The notes: a model not told the origin generated them from the sequence alone. A DNA stretch of 64,000 nt from Minisyncoccota bacterium (GCA_041660025.1 JBAZXD010000002.1:68635-132634), one strand, 5' to 3'. Shown: positions 52,563-62,011, counted from the stretch's first letter. Program-made: numbers and translations.

Positions 52563-53302
52563 TAGGAGAATGATACAACGAGGAGGCGGGGAGTGCCGTA
52601 CTGGTCGGTGCGTATCTTCGCGGAGAGGTTTTGTGCCGCAAAGAGCGCGCACGCGGCGGCCGCGTGCGCGCTATCGAATTCGATCCAGGCCTCGCCGCCT
52701 TCGGCGAGCCGTTTTGGGAGCTCCTCGGCGACGCGACGGATAACCGCGAGCCCATCCTCACCGGCGAAGAGGGCGCGGGATGGCTCGTGTTCGGCAACGC
52801 TCGTAGGGAGCGCGCGCCCGGCGGGTATGTAGGGAGGATTTGCGGCGATAATATCGAATTTCAGATTATCGAATGGCTCGAAGAGGTCGCCGATACGCAC
52901 GCTTGCGCGCGATTCATCCAACCCGTTCTCGCGGATATTTTTCAGAATCGTCGCTTCGTGTGCCGGGTCGATCTCGCCGAAAGAGACCCGTGTGTTCGGG
53001 AGCCTGGCGAGCGCCGCGCACCCGATGGCGCCCGAGCCGGAACAGAGGTCGAGGAGATGCAGGGGCTCTGCCGACTCTCGGCTTGTGAGCGTATTGAGCA
53101 ACTGCTCCGTCCACCACTCCGTCTCGGGGCGGGGAATGAGCGGTTTTGAATCAAGGTAGATTTTCAATCCGAGAAAAGGTTGCCAGCCGATGACGTAACC
53201 GAGCGGCTCGCCTGCGGCGAGCCGCTCTCTGTCCGCTGCATATGTCGCTGTCGCGATTCCATTATATTTTTCTTCCAAGAGCCACTGCTCGTCGCGATTC
53301 AT
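52562..53302 (-). CDS. prmC: release factor glutamine methyltransferase
   Basis: GEPLGYVIG, LIPRPETE, LDLCSGSGAI, ANPPYI, HEP..ALF. Confidence 0.93.
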   Translation of the reverse strand: MNRDEQWLLEEKYNGIATATYAADRERLAAGEPLGYVIGWQPFLGLKIYLDSKPLIPRPETEWWTEQLLNTLTSRESAEPLHLLDLCSGSGAIGCAALARLPNTRVSFGEIDPAHEATILKNIRENGLDESRASVRIGDLFEPFDNLKFDIIAANPPYIPAGRALPTSVAEHEPSRALFAGEDGLAVIRRVAEELPKRLAEGGEAWIEFDSAHAAAACALFAAQNLSAKIRTDQYGTPRLLVVSFS

Positions 53303-53432
53303 ACGGGAAAGCTAGCACATTTTTGCGCGGAGGGTGCGCTTTTTGGGTTATACAGGGATATACACAGCTTTTGCACTGTTTTATCCGCAGATTTTACTTG
53401 ACATACGCAATAGGTTAAAGAGAATATATGTA

Positions 53433-53551
53433 GTTCATTCTCTTTTGGGAAGAACCTTAACAACACTACAGGTCCGTTATATGCGAATTCAATTGTCGCT
53501 ACCTAGGACCACTTATGTAACCGAGGCTCATTCCCAACTAGAAGAATGAAC
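53433..53551 (+). ncRNA. candidate structured ncRNA with 6S-like rod and central bubble
   Basis: TTGACA (53398) promoter; ends pair (GTTCATTCT/AGAATGAAC, TTGGGAA/TTCCCAA); inner GGTCC/GGACC and GCGA/TCGC stems; terminator at about 53556-53598. Confidence 0.65.
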
Positions 53552-53625
53552 GGGCAGGAGAAGCCCCACACCGTGGGACTTTTCCTTTAATTTTTTTAAT
53601 ACGACGAAATTGGGGAGTATGTAAA

Positions 53626-53661
53626 ACAAGAACGCCCGCGCTTACGCGCGGGCGTTCTTGT
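53626..53661. terminator. strong bidirectional terminator
   Basis: ACAAGAACGCCCGCGC-TTAC-GCGCGGGCGTTCTTGT. Confidence 0.85.
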
Positions 53662-53680
53662 ATTGTCTTGGCGAGACTAA

Positions 53681-54046
53681 TTAGTATCCGCCGCGACCGT
53701 ATCCGCCGCCGTTGCCGCCGCCGAATCCGCCGCGATCACCGCCGCCGAAACCGCCTTCGCGACGCGGAGGGCGATCGCCCTGCGGGCGAGCGAAGGAGAC
53801 CGAGAGCGTGCGCCCGTCGAGCTCCTTACCGTCCCATCGGTCAATAGCCGCCTGAGCTTCCGCCTCGGTGGCCATCTCGACGAAGCCGAAACCGCGCGAG
53901 CGGCCCGTCATACGGTCGGAGATAATGCTCGCGGACACGACATTGCCGGCCTCACCGAAGGCCTTCTTAAGATCGTCTTCCGTCGAGCGATAGGGGATAC
54001 CGCCCACATAGAGCTTGTTCCCCTGTACTGCTGATTGCTGATCCAT
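53681..54046 (-). CDS. RRM RNA-binding protein with a Gly/Arg-rich tail
   Basis: RNP2 KLYVGGI, RNP1 RGFGFVEM, RGG tail. Confidence 0.95.
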   Translation of the reverse strand: MDQQSAVQGNKLYVGGIPYRSTEDDLKKAFGEAGNVVSASIISDRMTGRSRGFGFVEMATEAEAQAAIDRWDGKELDGRTLSVSFARPQGDRPPRREGGFGGGDRGGFGGGNGGGYGRGGY

Positions 54047-54322
54047 GAAATACAGATAACTGGTTAATCTCGCCGAAACTGAACACTTGCGGCCGTGAAG
54101 CCGAGCGAAGCTCGAATACTCTGCGAGTGGGAAAAGTATGCCAGAAATGTCAACAAAGCGCAACCCTATATAACAAGGGTGTGGATAAGGTCTTGAGTGC
54201 GTTGACAGTGTGTAGTAAGGGAGTACAATTACCTACGAGATTGACAATTTGTGTTCGTGTTGTCTGGAGGTGATTTTGCCGATCTTATTATCAAGGGGCA
54301 GTTCGTAAAAAATAAAACAAGT

Positions 54323-57300
54323 ATGAAGAATGCACTGCGTGCGTCCCTGCCTGTTCTCTTTTCCGTTCTCGCATTCGGAGCCTCTGCTCCCCTCGCGTTT
54401 GCAGCGACTCTAACCGTTCAGTCGAACGCGGGGAATGCGCCGTACTATAGTGCCGTGGTAAAAGCGGCGGATCACCTCCTGTCACAGCAAAATACTGATG
54501 GTGGTTGGAAATGGTACGGAACCCTTTCCACCCCGAGTGACGAAAATCTTTTTGGTGTTACCGCTTTGGGACTGTTGAACGCATACCAGCTGACGCACAA
54601 GGCAACGTACCTTGCAGGAGCAACTTCGACCGCGGATCACTTGGTTGCTAAACCGATTCCGGCAGATGCAACGGCAGATGCAACGGCAGGAAACAAATTC
54701 TATTCCTCGGACATCACGTTTCTGGCAAAGATGGCTCAGGTGACCGGTAATACTGCCTATTCAGACAAGGCGACTGCCTTGATGACCCACTTCATATCGC
54801 AACCGAATCGTTATTGCACTGCCGGTTGTGCAACGGCGCAGAACATAGCCGATACATATCATGGGTGGTATCCAGCTCCTTCAGGCGTTGGCGATTGGCA
54901 GCTTTCTTTGTGGGTTGAGGCAGCGAAAGCAACGGGGCAAACGACGTGGGGCACCGATCTAGCGAACATCATAAAGACGGATGTTCTTGATTCCGCATAT
55001 GATCCAGCCCTCCATCTCACGCAAGACAAAAACTATGCGCTTGGACTTGCCGCTGCCCTTAAGGCAACCGCATTATTTTCTCTCGATAACGCCAGCATCA
55101 ATACAAAGTTAGTAGCAGAGCAAGACGGAGCCACAGGGGCTATAGCAGCAAACTCTGTTGACGGTATTGATCAGGCGACGGCATATTCCGTGTTAGGACT
55201 TTCTGCTGCAGGCGATTCTCCGCACGCTGCAACTTCAGCACACTTCTTTTTGGGGAATCAAAACCTCAACGGAGGGTGGACGGAGAGTGATACTCTTGAG
55301 TACACGGAAGTAAATAGTGAGATTATTCAGGCAATCTTCAGCATTCTTCCCGCCAATACCTTCTACACCATTCAAGACGCAGTTGACGCCGCCTCGTCTG
55401 GCGACACTGTGAATGTCGAAGCAGGTACGTACACGACAACCGGGCAAGTTGTTATTGATAAGAACCTCTCGATTGTCGGGGCTGCATCTACAACGGTGAC
55501 AATAATGACGGATGGTGATACGGGAAACGCAGGCGATACCAAAGGATGGTTCCTTGTGAATTCTGGAAAGACGTTCAACATCTCTGACGTTACGCTAGAT
55601 GGAACCGGACATAAAATTTATCAGGCAATTCGTTACAACGGCAACGGTGTTGTAAATCGTGTCAGGTTTACGAATATCGCGTATGAACAAAGCGGACCGG
55701 CATACAGGGGAGGCGGTGTACGGATTGGTTCTCCCGGCAATGTAAACATAACGAACTCCACGTTCGATAATATAGGACGGGTCGGAGTGCTCGCCGAAGG
55801 CGGCACCGGTACATTCAGCGATAACACATACACCGGAAAAGGGGCTGGAGATTGGCTCGATTACGCATTCGATATCGAGTATGGCGCGAACATCACGATC
55901 TCGAATAACCAGGTCTCGCATAACAGGGGAGTTGCTACTGTAGACGGTTCGACCTCATCCGCAATCTCCGTGTGGGACGATGCCGGCACGCAGGCGACGA
56001 TAAATGGCAACACGTTCACAGATAATACGGCAGGCATTGCCATCGCAATGGCTTCGGGGGCGAGCGATCCTGTGGTTACCATCGGCTCTGGCAATTCGTT
56101 CGAGGGGAACGATGTCGGTATCGATATACAAAGTGTCGGTACTGTCGGGTCACCGACCGTCGCTGTCACTGGTTCGGCATTCTCGAATAACACATCCGGC
56201 ATTCAGGTGACCGCCGGCATGGATGTGGCTAACATCTCGCTCCACAACAGCTCGTTCTCGAGCAATGCGACAAGCACGGGGAACTACGGTGTCGGTATTC
56301 TTGATGCGCTCAATAATTGGTGGGGCACGGCGAGCTCGACAGAAATTGCCGCTAAGATCATCGGTTCCGTGAATCACGATACGTGGTATCTCAATCCGAG
56401 CATGAGTGTATTGTCGGGCACTGTTATTGACGGAGCGGCAGATTCCACCACCGCTGACTTTGACGTGCCAGGTACGAATTCTGGAACGGCGGATATTCCG
56501 GAGGGCATCACGGACATCACTTTGTCTGATGACACTACGCTCGACCTCTCGAGCGCCACAACGACTTCGGCACTCCCGGATGTCATAATCGGTGGCAACA
56601 CCGTTGACCTGACGCAAGAGGTTATTCTCCAATCCGGAGTTCAGGACGAACCGATTGTATTGAGTAACTCAAACCTCGCGGATGTTAGTGCAAGCATTCC
56701 CGATGGAACGACGATCTCGGGCCCGGCCGAGTGGGACGGTACCATCGCGCCGCCCACTTCCACGACCGGCTCAGGAGACTCCCTGCCAGGTTTCATTGTC
56801 GGCGGGACAGTCATCAGTGTTGGTTCGCCTGATGTAGTACTTGTCTTCAACAAGCCAGTTACATTGACGCTTGCAGGAGTAACGGGACCGGTAGGATATA
56901 GACCGGCAGGCTCGGATACGTGGGTACAGATAACTAACACTTGTTCGGATTACAACAATCCGGCAGATCCGCCGGCTAACAGCGAGTGCGCGGTAAGCAA
57001 CGGCACTGACACCAAGATTCTCACCTACCACTTCACGACATTCGGCTCGCTCATTGCGAATCTGTCCGGACCGGGCAGTGTAGGTGGTAACGGAGGCGGT
57101 GGTGGCGGATACTCGCCAGCAACGCCAGCGACACCCGCGACTCCGGCGACGCCGACCGTGGCCGCGGCAACGCCCGCGACTCCGGCGACGCCAGCCGCGC
57201 CCGCACAGGGACAGGTGCTCGGTGCCACGACGTATAACTTCACCAAGGCGCTTGCGGTCGGCTCGCGCGGTGCTGATGTGACGGCGCTCCAGCAGTTCCT

Positions 57301-57580
57301 CATTGATAACGGCTTCTCGGTGCCGGCCGGCGCGACGGGCTACTACGGCGCGCAGACACGCGCGGCGGTCATTGCCTTCCAGAAGGCTCGAGGCATCGCC
57401 CAGGCGGGCGTTATAGGCCCCCTGACCCGCGCAGAGCTCAATAAGGGCGCGATCATCTCGGCGGTAGCAGGGAAGACGAATCTCACGACAGAGCAGGCGA
57501 ACGCGATCATCTCGATTATCGAGTCTTTCGGGGCCGACGCGGCGGTCATCGCGAAGGTCAAGGCCGCTCTCGGACAGTAG
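54323..57580 (+). CDS. large surface protein: QW-repeat alpha-toroid, right-handed beta-helix, PAT linker and peptidoglycan-binding domain
   Basis: Signal peptide; LLSQQNTDGGW and NQNLNGGW; TIQDAVDAASSGDTVNVEAGTY; NNWWG; GSRGADVTALQQFL..GYYGAQTRAAVIAFQ; TTGACA-16-TACAAT promoter at 54202. Confidence 0.85.
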   Translation: MKNALRASLPVLFSVLAFGASAPLAFAATLTVQSNAGNAPYYSAVVKAADHLLSQQNTDGGWKWYGTLSTPSDENLFGVTALGLLNAYQLTHKATYLAGATSTADHLVAKPIPADATADATAGNKFYSSDITFLAKMAQVTGNTAYSDKATALMTHFISQPNRYCTAGCATAQNIADTYHGWYPAPSGVGDWQLSLWVEAAKATGQTTWGTDLANIIKTDVLDSAYDPALHLTQDKNYALGLAAALKATALFSLDNASINTKLVAEQDGATGAIAANSVDGIDQATAYSVLGLSAAGDSPHAATSAHFFLGNQNLNGGWTESDTLEYTEVNSEIIQAIFSILPANTFYTIQDAVDAASSGDTVNVEAGTYTTTGQVVIDKNLSIVGAASTTVTIMTDGDTGNAGDTKGWFLVNSGKTFNISDVTLDGTGHKIYQAIRYNGNGVVNRVRFTNIAYEQSGPAYRGGGVRIGSPGNVNITNSTFDNIGRVGVLAEGGTGTFSDNTYTGKGAGDWLDYAFDIEYGANITISNNQVSHNRGVATVDGSTSSAISVWDDAGTQATINGNTFTDNTAGIAIAMASGASDPVVTIGSGNSFEGNDVGIDIQSVGTVGSPTVAVTGSAFSNNTSGIQVTAGMDVANISLHNSSFSSNATSTGNYGVGILDALNNWWGTASSTEIAAKIIGSVNHDTWYLNPSMSVLSGTVIDGAADSTTADFDVPGTNSGTADIPEGITDITLSDDTTLDLSSATTTSALPDVIIGGNTVDLTQEVILQSGVQDEPIVLSNSNLADVSASIPDGTTISGPAEWDGTIAPPTSTTGSGDSLPGFIVGGTVISVGSPDVVLVFNKPVTLTLAGVTGPVGYRPAGSDTWVQITNTCSDYNNPADPPANSECAVSNGTDTKILTYHFTTFGSLIANLSGPGSVGGNGGGGGGYSPATPATPATPATPTVAAATPATPATPAAPAQGQVLGATTYNFTKALAVGSRGADVTALQQFLIDNGFSVPAGATGYYGAQTRAAVIAFQKARGIAQAGVIGPLTRAELNKGAIISAVAGKTNLTTEQANAIISIIESFGADAAVIAKVKAALGQ

Positions 57581-57595
57581 TTCCGCAACGTAATA

Positions 57596-57630
57596 CACAA
57601 CCCCCGCCGTAGGCGGGGGTTGTGTGTTTT
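57596..57630 (+). terminator. intrinsic terminator
   Basis: CACAACCCCCGCC-GTA-GGCGGGGGTTGTG followed by Ts. Confidence 0.8.
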
Positions 57631-57657
57631 TAGTATTTGTTGTATCGTTATCGGCAC

Positions 57658-58599
57658 ATGAAGAAGCCGCTTTTGCACCATCTCCACGACTACTTTTTTC
57701 CGCACCCGCGCAATAATTACCGCCCGCATCTTTTCAGCGTTGCTTCGATCGCGGTACTCGCTATCGCCGTCATCATCTTCGAAGCCGGCTATCTGGTGCA
57801 GACGAAATTCGTCTTCCTGAAAACCGATTTCCTCGCGTCCGTCCTCCCGGGTACCCTCGTCGCGCTCGCGAATCAAGACCGCGCGATGATCGGCGTTCTC
57901 GGCGTCACCGAAGACTCGCTCCTGAGCTCGGCAGCGCAGGCGGCCGCCGACGATATGGCGGCAAGGGGTTACTTCTCCCACATCTCGCCCGACGGCAAGA
58001 CGCCGTGGTATTGGCTCGACCAGGCGGGGTACCGCTACAGTTATGCGGGACAAAATCTCGCGGTCAACTTCACCGACTCGGAGAATGTAGAGACGGCGTG
58101 GATGGCGTCGCCGACGCATCGCGCAAATATCGAGAAGCCGCAGTATACGAAAGTCGGCATCGGCGTGGCGAACGGCATCTATGAAGACAAGGAGACGACC
58201 TTTGTTGTTGAATTCTTCGCGGCGCCCGCTTCTCCGGCGGCACAGACGAAAGTCGTAGTCGTGGAGCCACCGCCGGGAGAGCAACTAGCGACGTCTACTC
58301 AAGTGCTCGGCAGTCAAACCGCAGTAGTTGACGCCGCTGAGGTCGCAGTCGCCGCGGCGACTGCTCCGGTCGGGCCGGGCTGGTTCACGCGCCTGCTCGC
58401 CTCTCCTCTAAATACGCTGGTAGCCATTCTGACCGTCCTTCTCGGCGCTATCGCGGTTTCGTTTACCGTCTCTATTTTCATACGCGGCAAAGTCCAGCAC
58501 CCGACCGTGATTATCGGCGGAGTGTTCCTCCTTCTGCTTATTTCCGGAGCGATACTCCTGAGTGTCGTGCTCTCTGGTCCAGTGATTATCAACAACTAA
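57658..58599 (+). CDS. CAP (SCP) domain membrane protein
   Basis: MAARGYFSHISPDG, AGQNLA, WMASPTHRANI, C-terminal TMs. Confidence 0.9.
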   Translation: MKKPLLHHLHDYFFPHPRNNYRPHLFSVASIAVLAIAVIIFEAGYLVQTKFVFLKTDFLASVLPGTLVALANQDRAMIGVLGVTEDSLLSSAAQAAADDMAARGYFSHISPDGKTPWYWLDQAGYRYSYAGQNLAVNFTDSENVETAWMASPTHRANIEKPQYTKVGIGVANGIYEDKETTFVVEFFAAPASPAAQTKVVVVEPPPGEQLATSTQVLGSQTAVVDAAEVAVAAATAPVGPGWFTRLLASPLNTLVAILTVLLGAIAVSFTVSIFIRGKVQHPTVIIGGVFLLLLISGAILLSVVLSGPVIINN

Positions 58600-58605
58600 C
58601 GCTCT

Positions 58606-58698
58606 CTAGTACAAGCCGAAGACGAGACCGGGAATAAGGGTGCCTATCATCCCGAGGGCGAGGAGGAGGACGATGATGATGGCGAACGCGCGTTTCAT
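58606..58698 (-). CDS. 30-aa single-TM microprotein
   Basis: MKRAFAIIIVLLLALGMIGTLIPGLVFGLY*; TATACT 8 nt before the ATG. Confidence 0.6.
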   Translation of the reverse strand: MKRAFAIIIVLLLALGMIGTLIPGLVFGLY

Positions 58699-58707
58699 AT
58701 CGCTCCA

Positions 58708-58775
58708 GTATACCCCATGAGATAACGCTATGCTATGCAAGATAAACTCGATGCGTTGTATCTCACGGGGTATAC
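58708..58775. repeat. TA-flanked palindromic mini-element
   Basis: GTATACCCCATGAGATAACGC...GCGTTGTATCTCACGGGGTATAC. Confidence 0.75.
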
Positions 58776-58794
58776 CAAATGTCCAAAAAATTGT

Positions 58795-60459
58795 TCAAGA
58801 GATGGTCTTGATCATATCCCGTTTGATATCGGCAAAGGTGCCACCGACTTTTTTACCCGGATTAAGAATATTGAGCGGATCAAAGACTTTCTTCGTCTGC
58901 TCGAAGAGCGCGACCATCTCCTTCCCAAAGAGCAAGGGGAGGTACGGGGTGCGGATAATGCCGTCGTTGTGCTCGCCGGTCGTCGTGCCGCCTTCCTTGA
59001 TGACCAGTTCGTAGATCTTGGGTGCGAGGTCGAGGATGACCTGTCGGTTATCCGCCTTCGAGAGATCCATAAGCGGGATGATATGGAAATTGCCGTCGCC
59101 GACGTGTCCGGCGATGGTGTAGATGAAGTGCGACTTGTATTCGTCGAGGAGTGCATTCAACTTCGGCAGGAATTCGGCGTAGCAGGCGGGCGGCACGACG
59201 AAGTCGTCGATAAAAGGTGCAGTGTGGAGTCCGTGGACGTTCTTGCGCAGAAGGTTGAAGCTCTCGCGCCGGACTATCCAGTACTTCTCAGACTCTTTTT
59301 CATCCTTCTCTATCTTTATTTTCAGATGCAAGTCCATAAGAGCTTCCTTGACCGCCAGAGCTTTCGCGTCGGCGACTTCGATCGTGTCCTCGGCAAATTC
59401 CGCCATAAGGAGGAGCTTCGGCACGCCGCCGGTCGCGACCATCGCCGCCTCGGGGATGAAGTCGATACCGAGGCGGGCCGCCTTGAGGAATCCCATCTGC
59501 GAGAGCATTCCCGGGATGAGCTTCACGGCGAGCGTGAAGGTGTGGTCGTCGAAGCTCTCGAACGATTCGGGATTGAAGGGGAGCATACGCTTCACCACCT
59601 CCGGCAGTATCGCGAGGTCGTAGAGGAATATGACGACCATCGCACGGTGTTCCTTCGGCTTCACCAGGTTCAATTTTGCTTTCGTCCAGAGCGCGAGCGT
59701 CCCTTGCGAGCCGCAGATAAGCTTCGCGAGATTAAAGGTATTCGTCTTCGTATCGCGGATTCTCCAGAGCGCGTAGCCGGCGGAGTTCTTCGACACCTTC
59801 GGCCGGTGCTCCTCGATGAGCGCGGCGTGTTTGGTAACAAGAGCGTCCATCGTGCGATATATCTCGCCTTCGAGTGTTTGGAGCTTCTTCTTTTCTTCTA
59901 ATTCAGTTGGCGTGAGTGGCCCAAACGTTACCTGCGAGCCGTCGGAGAGGACAACATCGACTGCCTCCACATATTTTTCCGTCTGGCCGTATTGGAGCGT
60001 GCGTTCACCACCGGCATTGTTCGCCACGATACCGCCGAGTGCGGCTATCTCGCGGCTCGCGGGGTAGGAGGGAAGGAGCAACCCCTTCTCGAGCGTCGCC
60101 TTCTCAAAATCTCTATAAAAAACGCCCGGCTCGGTGACGGCATAATCCTCGCCGACTTCAAGCACCTTGTTCATATGTTTCGTGAAGGAGACGACGACGC
60201 CGGTGGTCAAGGGGCCGCCGGACATATCGGTTCCGCCCGAGCGTGCCGCTAAGGAAACCTCCGCGCCAGCCAAGCGGGCGCGGCCTATCTCTCTTACCAT
60301 CGTACTCACATCATTCGCGTCTTCCGGATACACCACCAGCTCCGGCATCCGCTCGAAAAGAGAAGTGTCGCGACTCAACTTTTTTAGCGTTTCCACATCG
60401 TCCGACACTTCTCCCCGCATCGCGCTCGCGAGCGCGCTCTTCAGCTCGTCAGTGGTCAT
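58795..60459 (-). CDS. FAD-binding oxidoreductase (GlcD/D-lactate dehydrogenase-like)
   Basis: ARSGGTDMSGG, GGIVANNAGG, GSQGTL, GHVGDGNFH, GEHNDG, FDPLNILNPGK. Confidence 0.92.
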   Translation of the reverse strand: MTTDELKSALASAMRGEVSDDVETLKKLSRDTSLFERMPELVVYPEDANDVSTMVREIGRARLAGAEVSLAARSGGTDMSGGPLTTGVVVSFTKHMNKVLEVGEDYAVTEPGVFYRDFEKATLEKGLLLPSYPASREIAALGGIVANNAGGERTLQYGQTEKYVEAVDVVLSDGSQVTFGPLTPTELEEKKKLQTLEGEIYRTMDALVTKHAALIEEHRPKVSKNSAGYALWRIRDTKTNTFNLAKLICGSQGTLALWTKAKLNLVKPKEHRAMVVIFLYDLAILPEVVKRMLPFNPESFESFDDHTFTLAVKLIPGMLSQMGFLKAARLGIDFIPEAAMVATGGVPKLLLMAEFAEDTIEVADAKALAVKEALMDLHLKIKIEKDEKESEKYWIVRRESFNLLRKNVHGLHTAPFIDDFVVPPACYAEFLPKLNALLDEYKSHFIYTIAGHVGDGNFHIIPLMDLSKADNRQVILDLAPKIYELVIKEGGTTTGEHNDGIIRTPYLPLLFGKEMVALFEQTKKVFDPLNILNPGKKVGGTFADIKRDMIKTIS

Positions 60460-60561
60460 ATATTTGCAGTATACAGCATCATTTCTCTTTGAAGCCTCGG
60501 CGAATTGAGTTGAGGTTATAAAAAAGCGACCGGATGGTCGCTTTTGCCTCACTTCAGTCGT

Positions 60562-60732
60562 TCAGTCAGTCCTGCAGAAGTATTCCGCGGAAATCGCGAT
60601 GAAGTTTGCGATCCGTAGATTGCCTTGCCTTTCATCGCGACTCTCCCCGTCTATTGAATCCCGCGCAAGAGGTTCTTCCTGAGCGAAGTGGCCGGACTTA
60701 TGGCCCTTCGATACATAAGTGTCTCTGTCCAT
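60562..60732 (-). CDS. accessory 56-aa hypothetical protein
   Basis: TTGCTC-17-TATATT promoter, leader hairpin at 60775-60809, AAGGA SD, terminator at 60521-60546. Confidence 0.45.
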   Translation of the reverse strand: MDRDTYVSKGHKSGHFAQEEPLARDSIDGESRDERQGNLRIANFIAISAEYFCRTD

Positions 60733-60958
60733 CTTCCAATTTCCTTTAAAGAGCATTCGGTTGTAACAAACAATAAAGAGAGCGGCCCTCGCAGAGAGCC
60801 GCTCTCTTTGTTTATTACTAACCAATATAGCACATATATTTCGCAGGAGCAATACTCACCGTCTTATTGACACTCATAGGGGCGAGAGTACCCTGGAATG
60901 AGATTGAAATAAGGATTGAACCCCATCTTCTGTTTCGTGATACTCACAAGGAGGCATC

Positions 60959-61336
60959 ATGTATAGCCACGTCGCAACCTATGTACCGGATGGTCTGAAG
61001 TTTTTCGAGTATTGGTCAGGGCTCGCGGCGAAAGATCCTGAACAATTCGAAATTGAAAGGAAAAAAGCCGTCGAGAAAGCCATATTCCGTTCCTCTGAAA
61101 GAATTCAAAAACGATTGTGGCGGATGCAATGGCACATCGACACATTGCGTGCTCGAGCACGTAATCCGCTCGTCTTTGGCGTCCGCCTGAATCAGATGAT
61201 GTGGGAATCCATCTGCGCCGAAAGAGGATTCTTGAACGCCCATATACATTTCCTGGAATGGAACACTGCTTTTTTCGAACGATACAATCTCCCTCCTCCA
61301 GGAAAGACGCGGGTTCTCCCGTTCAAAAGGAAGTAG
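60959..61336 (+). CDS. DUF3135-like protein
   Basis: FEYWSGLAAKDPEQFE, RLWRMQWHID, NPL, MMWES, VLPFKRK; TTGACA at 60867, AAGGAGG SD, terminator at 61344-61372. Confidence 0.75.
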   Translation: MYSHVATYVPDGLKFFEYWSGLAAKDPEQFEIERKKAVEKAIFRSSERIQKRLWRMQWHIDTLRARARNPLVFGVRLNQMMWESICAERGFLNAHIHFLEWNTAFFERYNLPPPGKTRVLPFKRK

Positions 61337-61480
61337 CGATTACAAAAGCCCGGCCGTACAGGCCGGGCTTTTCATTACTCCGGCAAAGTAGCTTCTAGCC
61401 TCCTATATTTCCCTTTTACATCCAAAGTGGTAATCTCGAAAACGGACTGGACTGATTGATCAACCAAAAAGAGGTGCGAA

Positions 61481-62011
61481 ATGCATGGAACGCAAGAATT
61501 GCCGCCGGTGCAAGTACAGGTCCCGCTCAACGTTCTCGTCAAGCTTGAAACCGACAAGGTCAACCACCATCGGCTCAAACTGTGGAGACCTGGGACGGTG
61601 GCCATCACTGAAAACTCGGAGGGAAAGATCCTCCTCATCCGGTCAACGAGAAGTCGGAATTGGGGTTTCCCGCAGGGAGGAGTAGAACGCGACGAAGACC
61701 TCATCCGGGGTCTTGTGCGGGAATTATATGAGGAGACGGGCATTGCGGTGTCTGAAGTGCGCAACTTCTGTCTCCTCGACAAGCAAGATATTCCGAACTG
61801 GGAGAGAGATGGATTTACCAAGGGCAAGCGGTACTATTACTTCCACGTGCTGTGCGAAGGAGTGCCCGACGTCGCTCTTCAGCTCAGCGAGGTTTGCGAC
61901 TTCCAGTGGCTCTCGCCACGACGGGCGGAAGAGTTCATCTCCGCCATCGGAGACGAGTATCGGCAAAAAAGAGAAAGTATGCTCATCGCTCTGAAGAACG
62001 CGGTCGGTTGA
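61481..62011 (+). CDS. NUDIX hydrolase
   Basis: WGFPQGGVERDEDLIRGLVRELYEETGI Nudix box; GAGGTG SD; terminator at about 62031-62061. Confidence 0.9.
   Translation: MHGTQELPPVQVQVPLNVLVKLETDKVNHHRLKLWRPGTVAITENSEGKILLIRSTRSRNWGFPQGGVERDEDLIRGLVRELYEETGIAVSEVRNFCLLDKQDIPNWERDGFTKGKRYYYFHVLCEGVPDVALQLSEVCDFQWLSPRRAEEFISAIGDEYRQKRESMLIALKNAVG

Noticed and set aside
53360-54190. Replication origin (TGTGGATAA at 54180, near-matches at about 53381, 51332 and 36354)
   Set aside because: The DnaA-like boxes are few and scattered, with no dnaA/dnaN and no clear unwinding element
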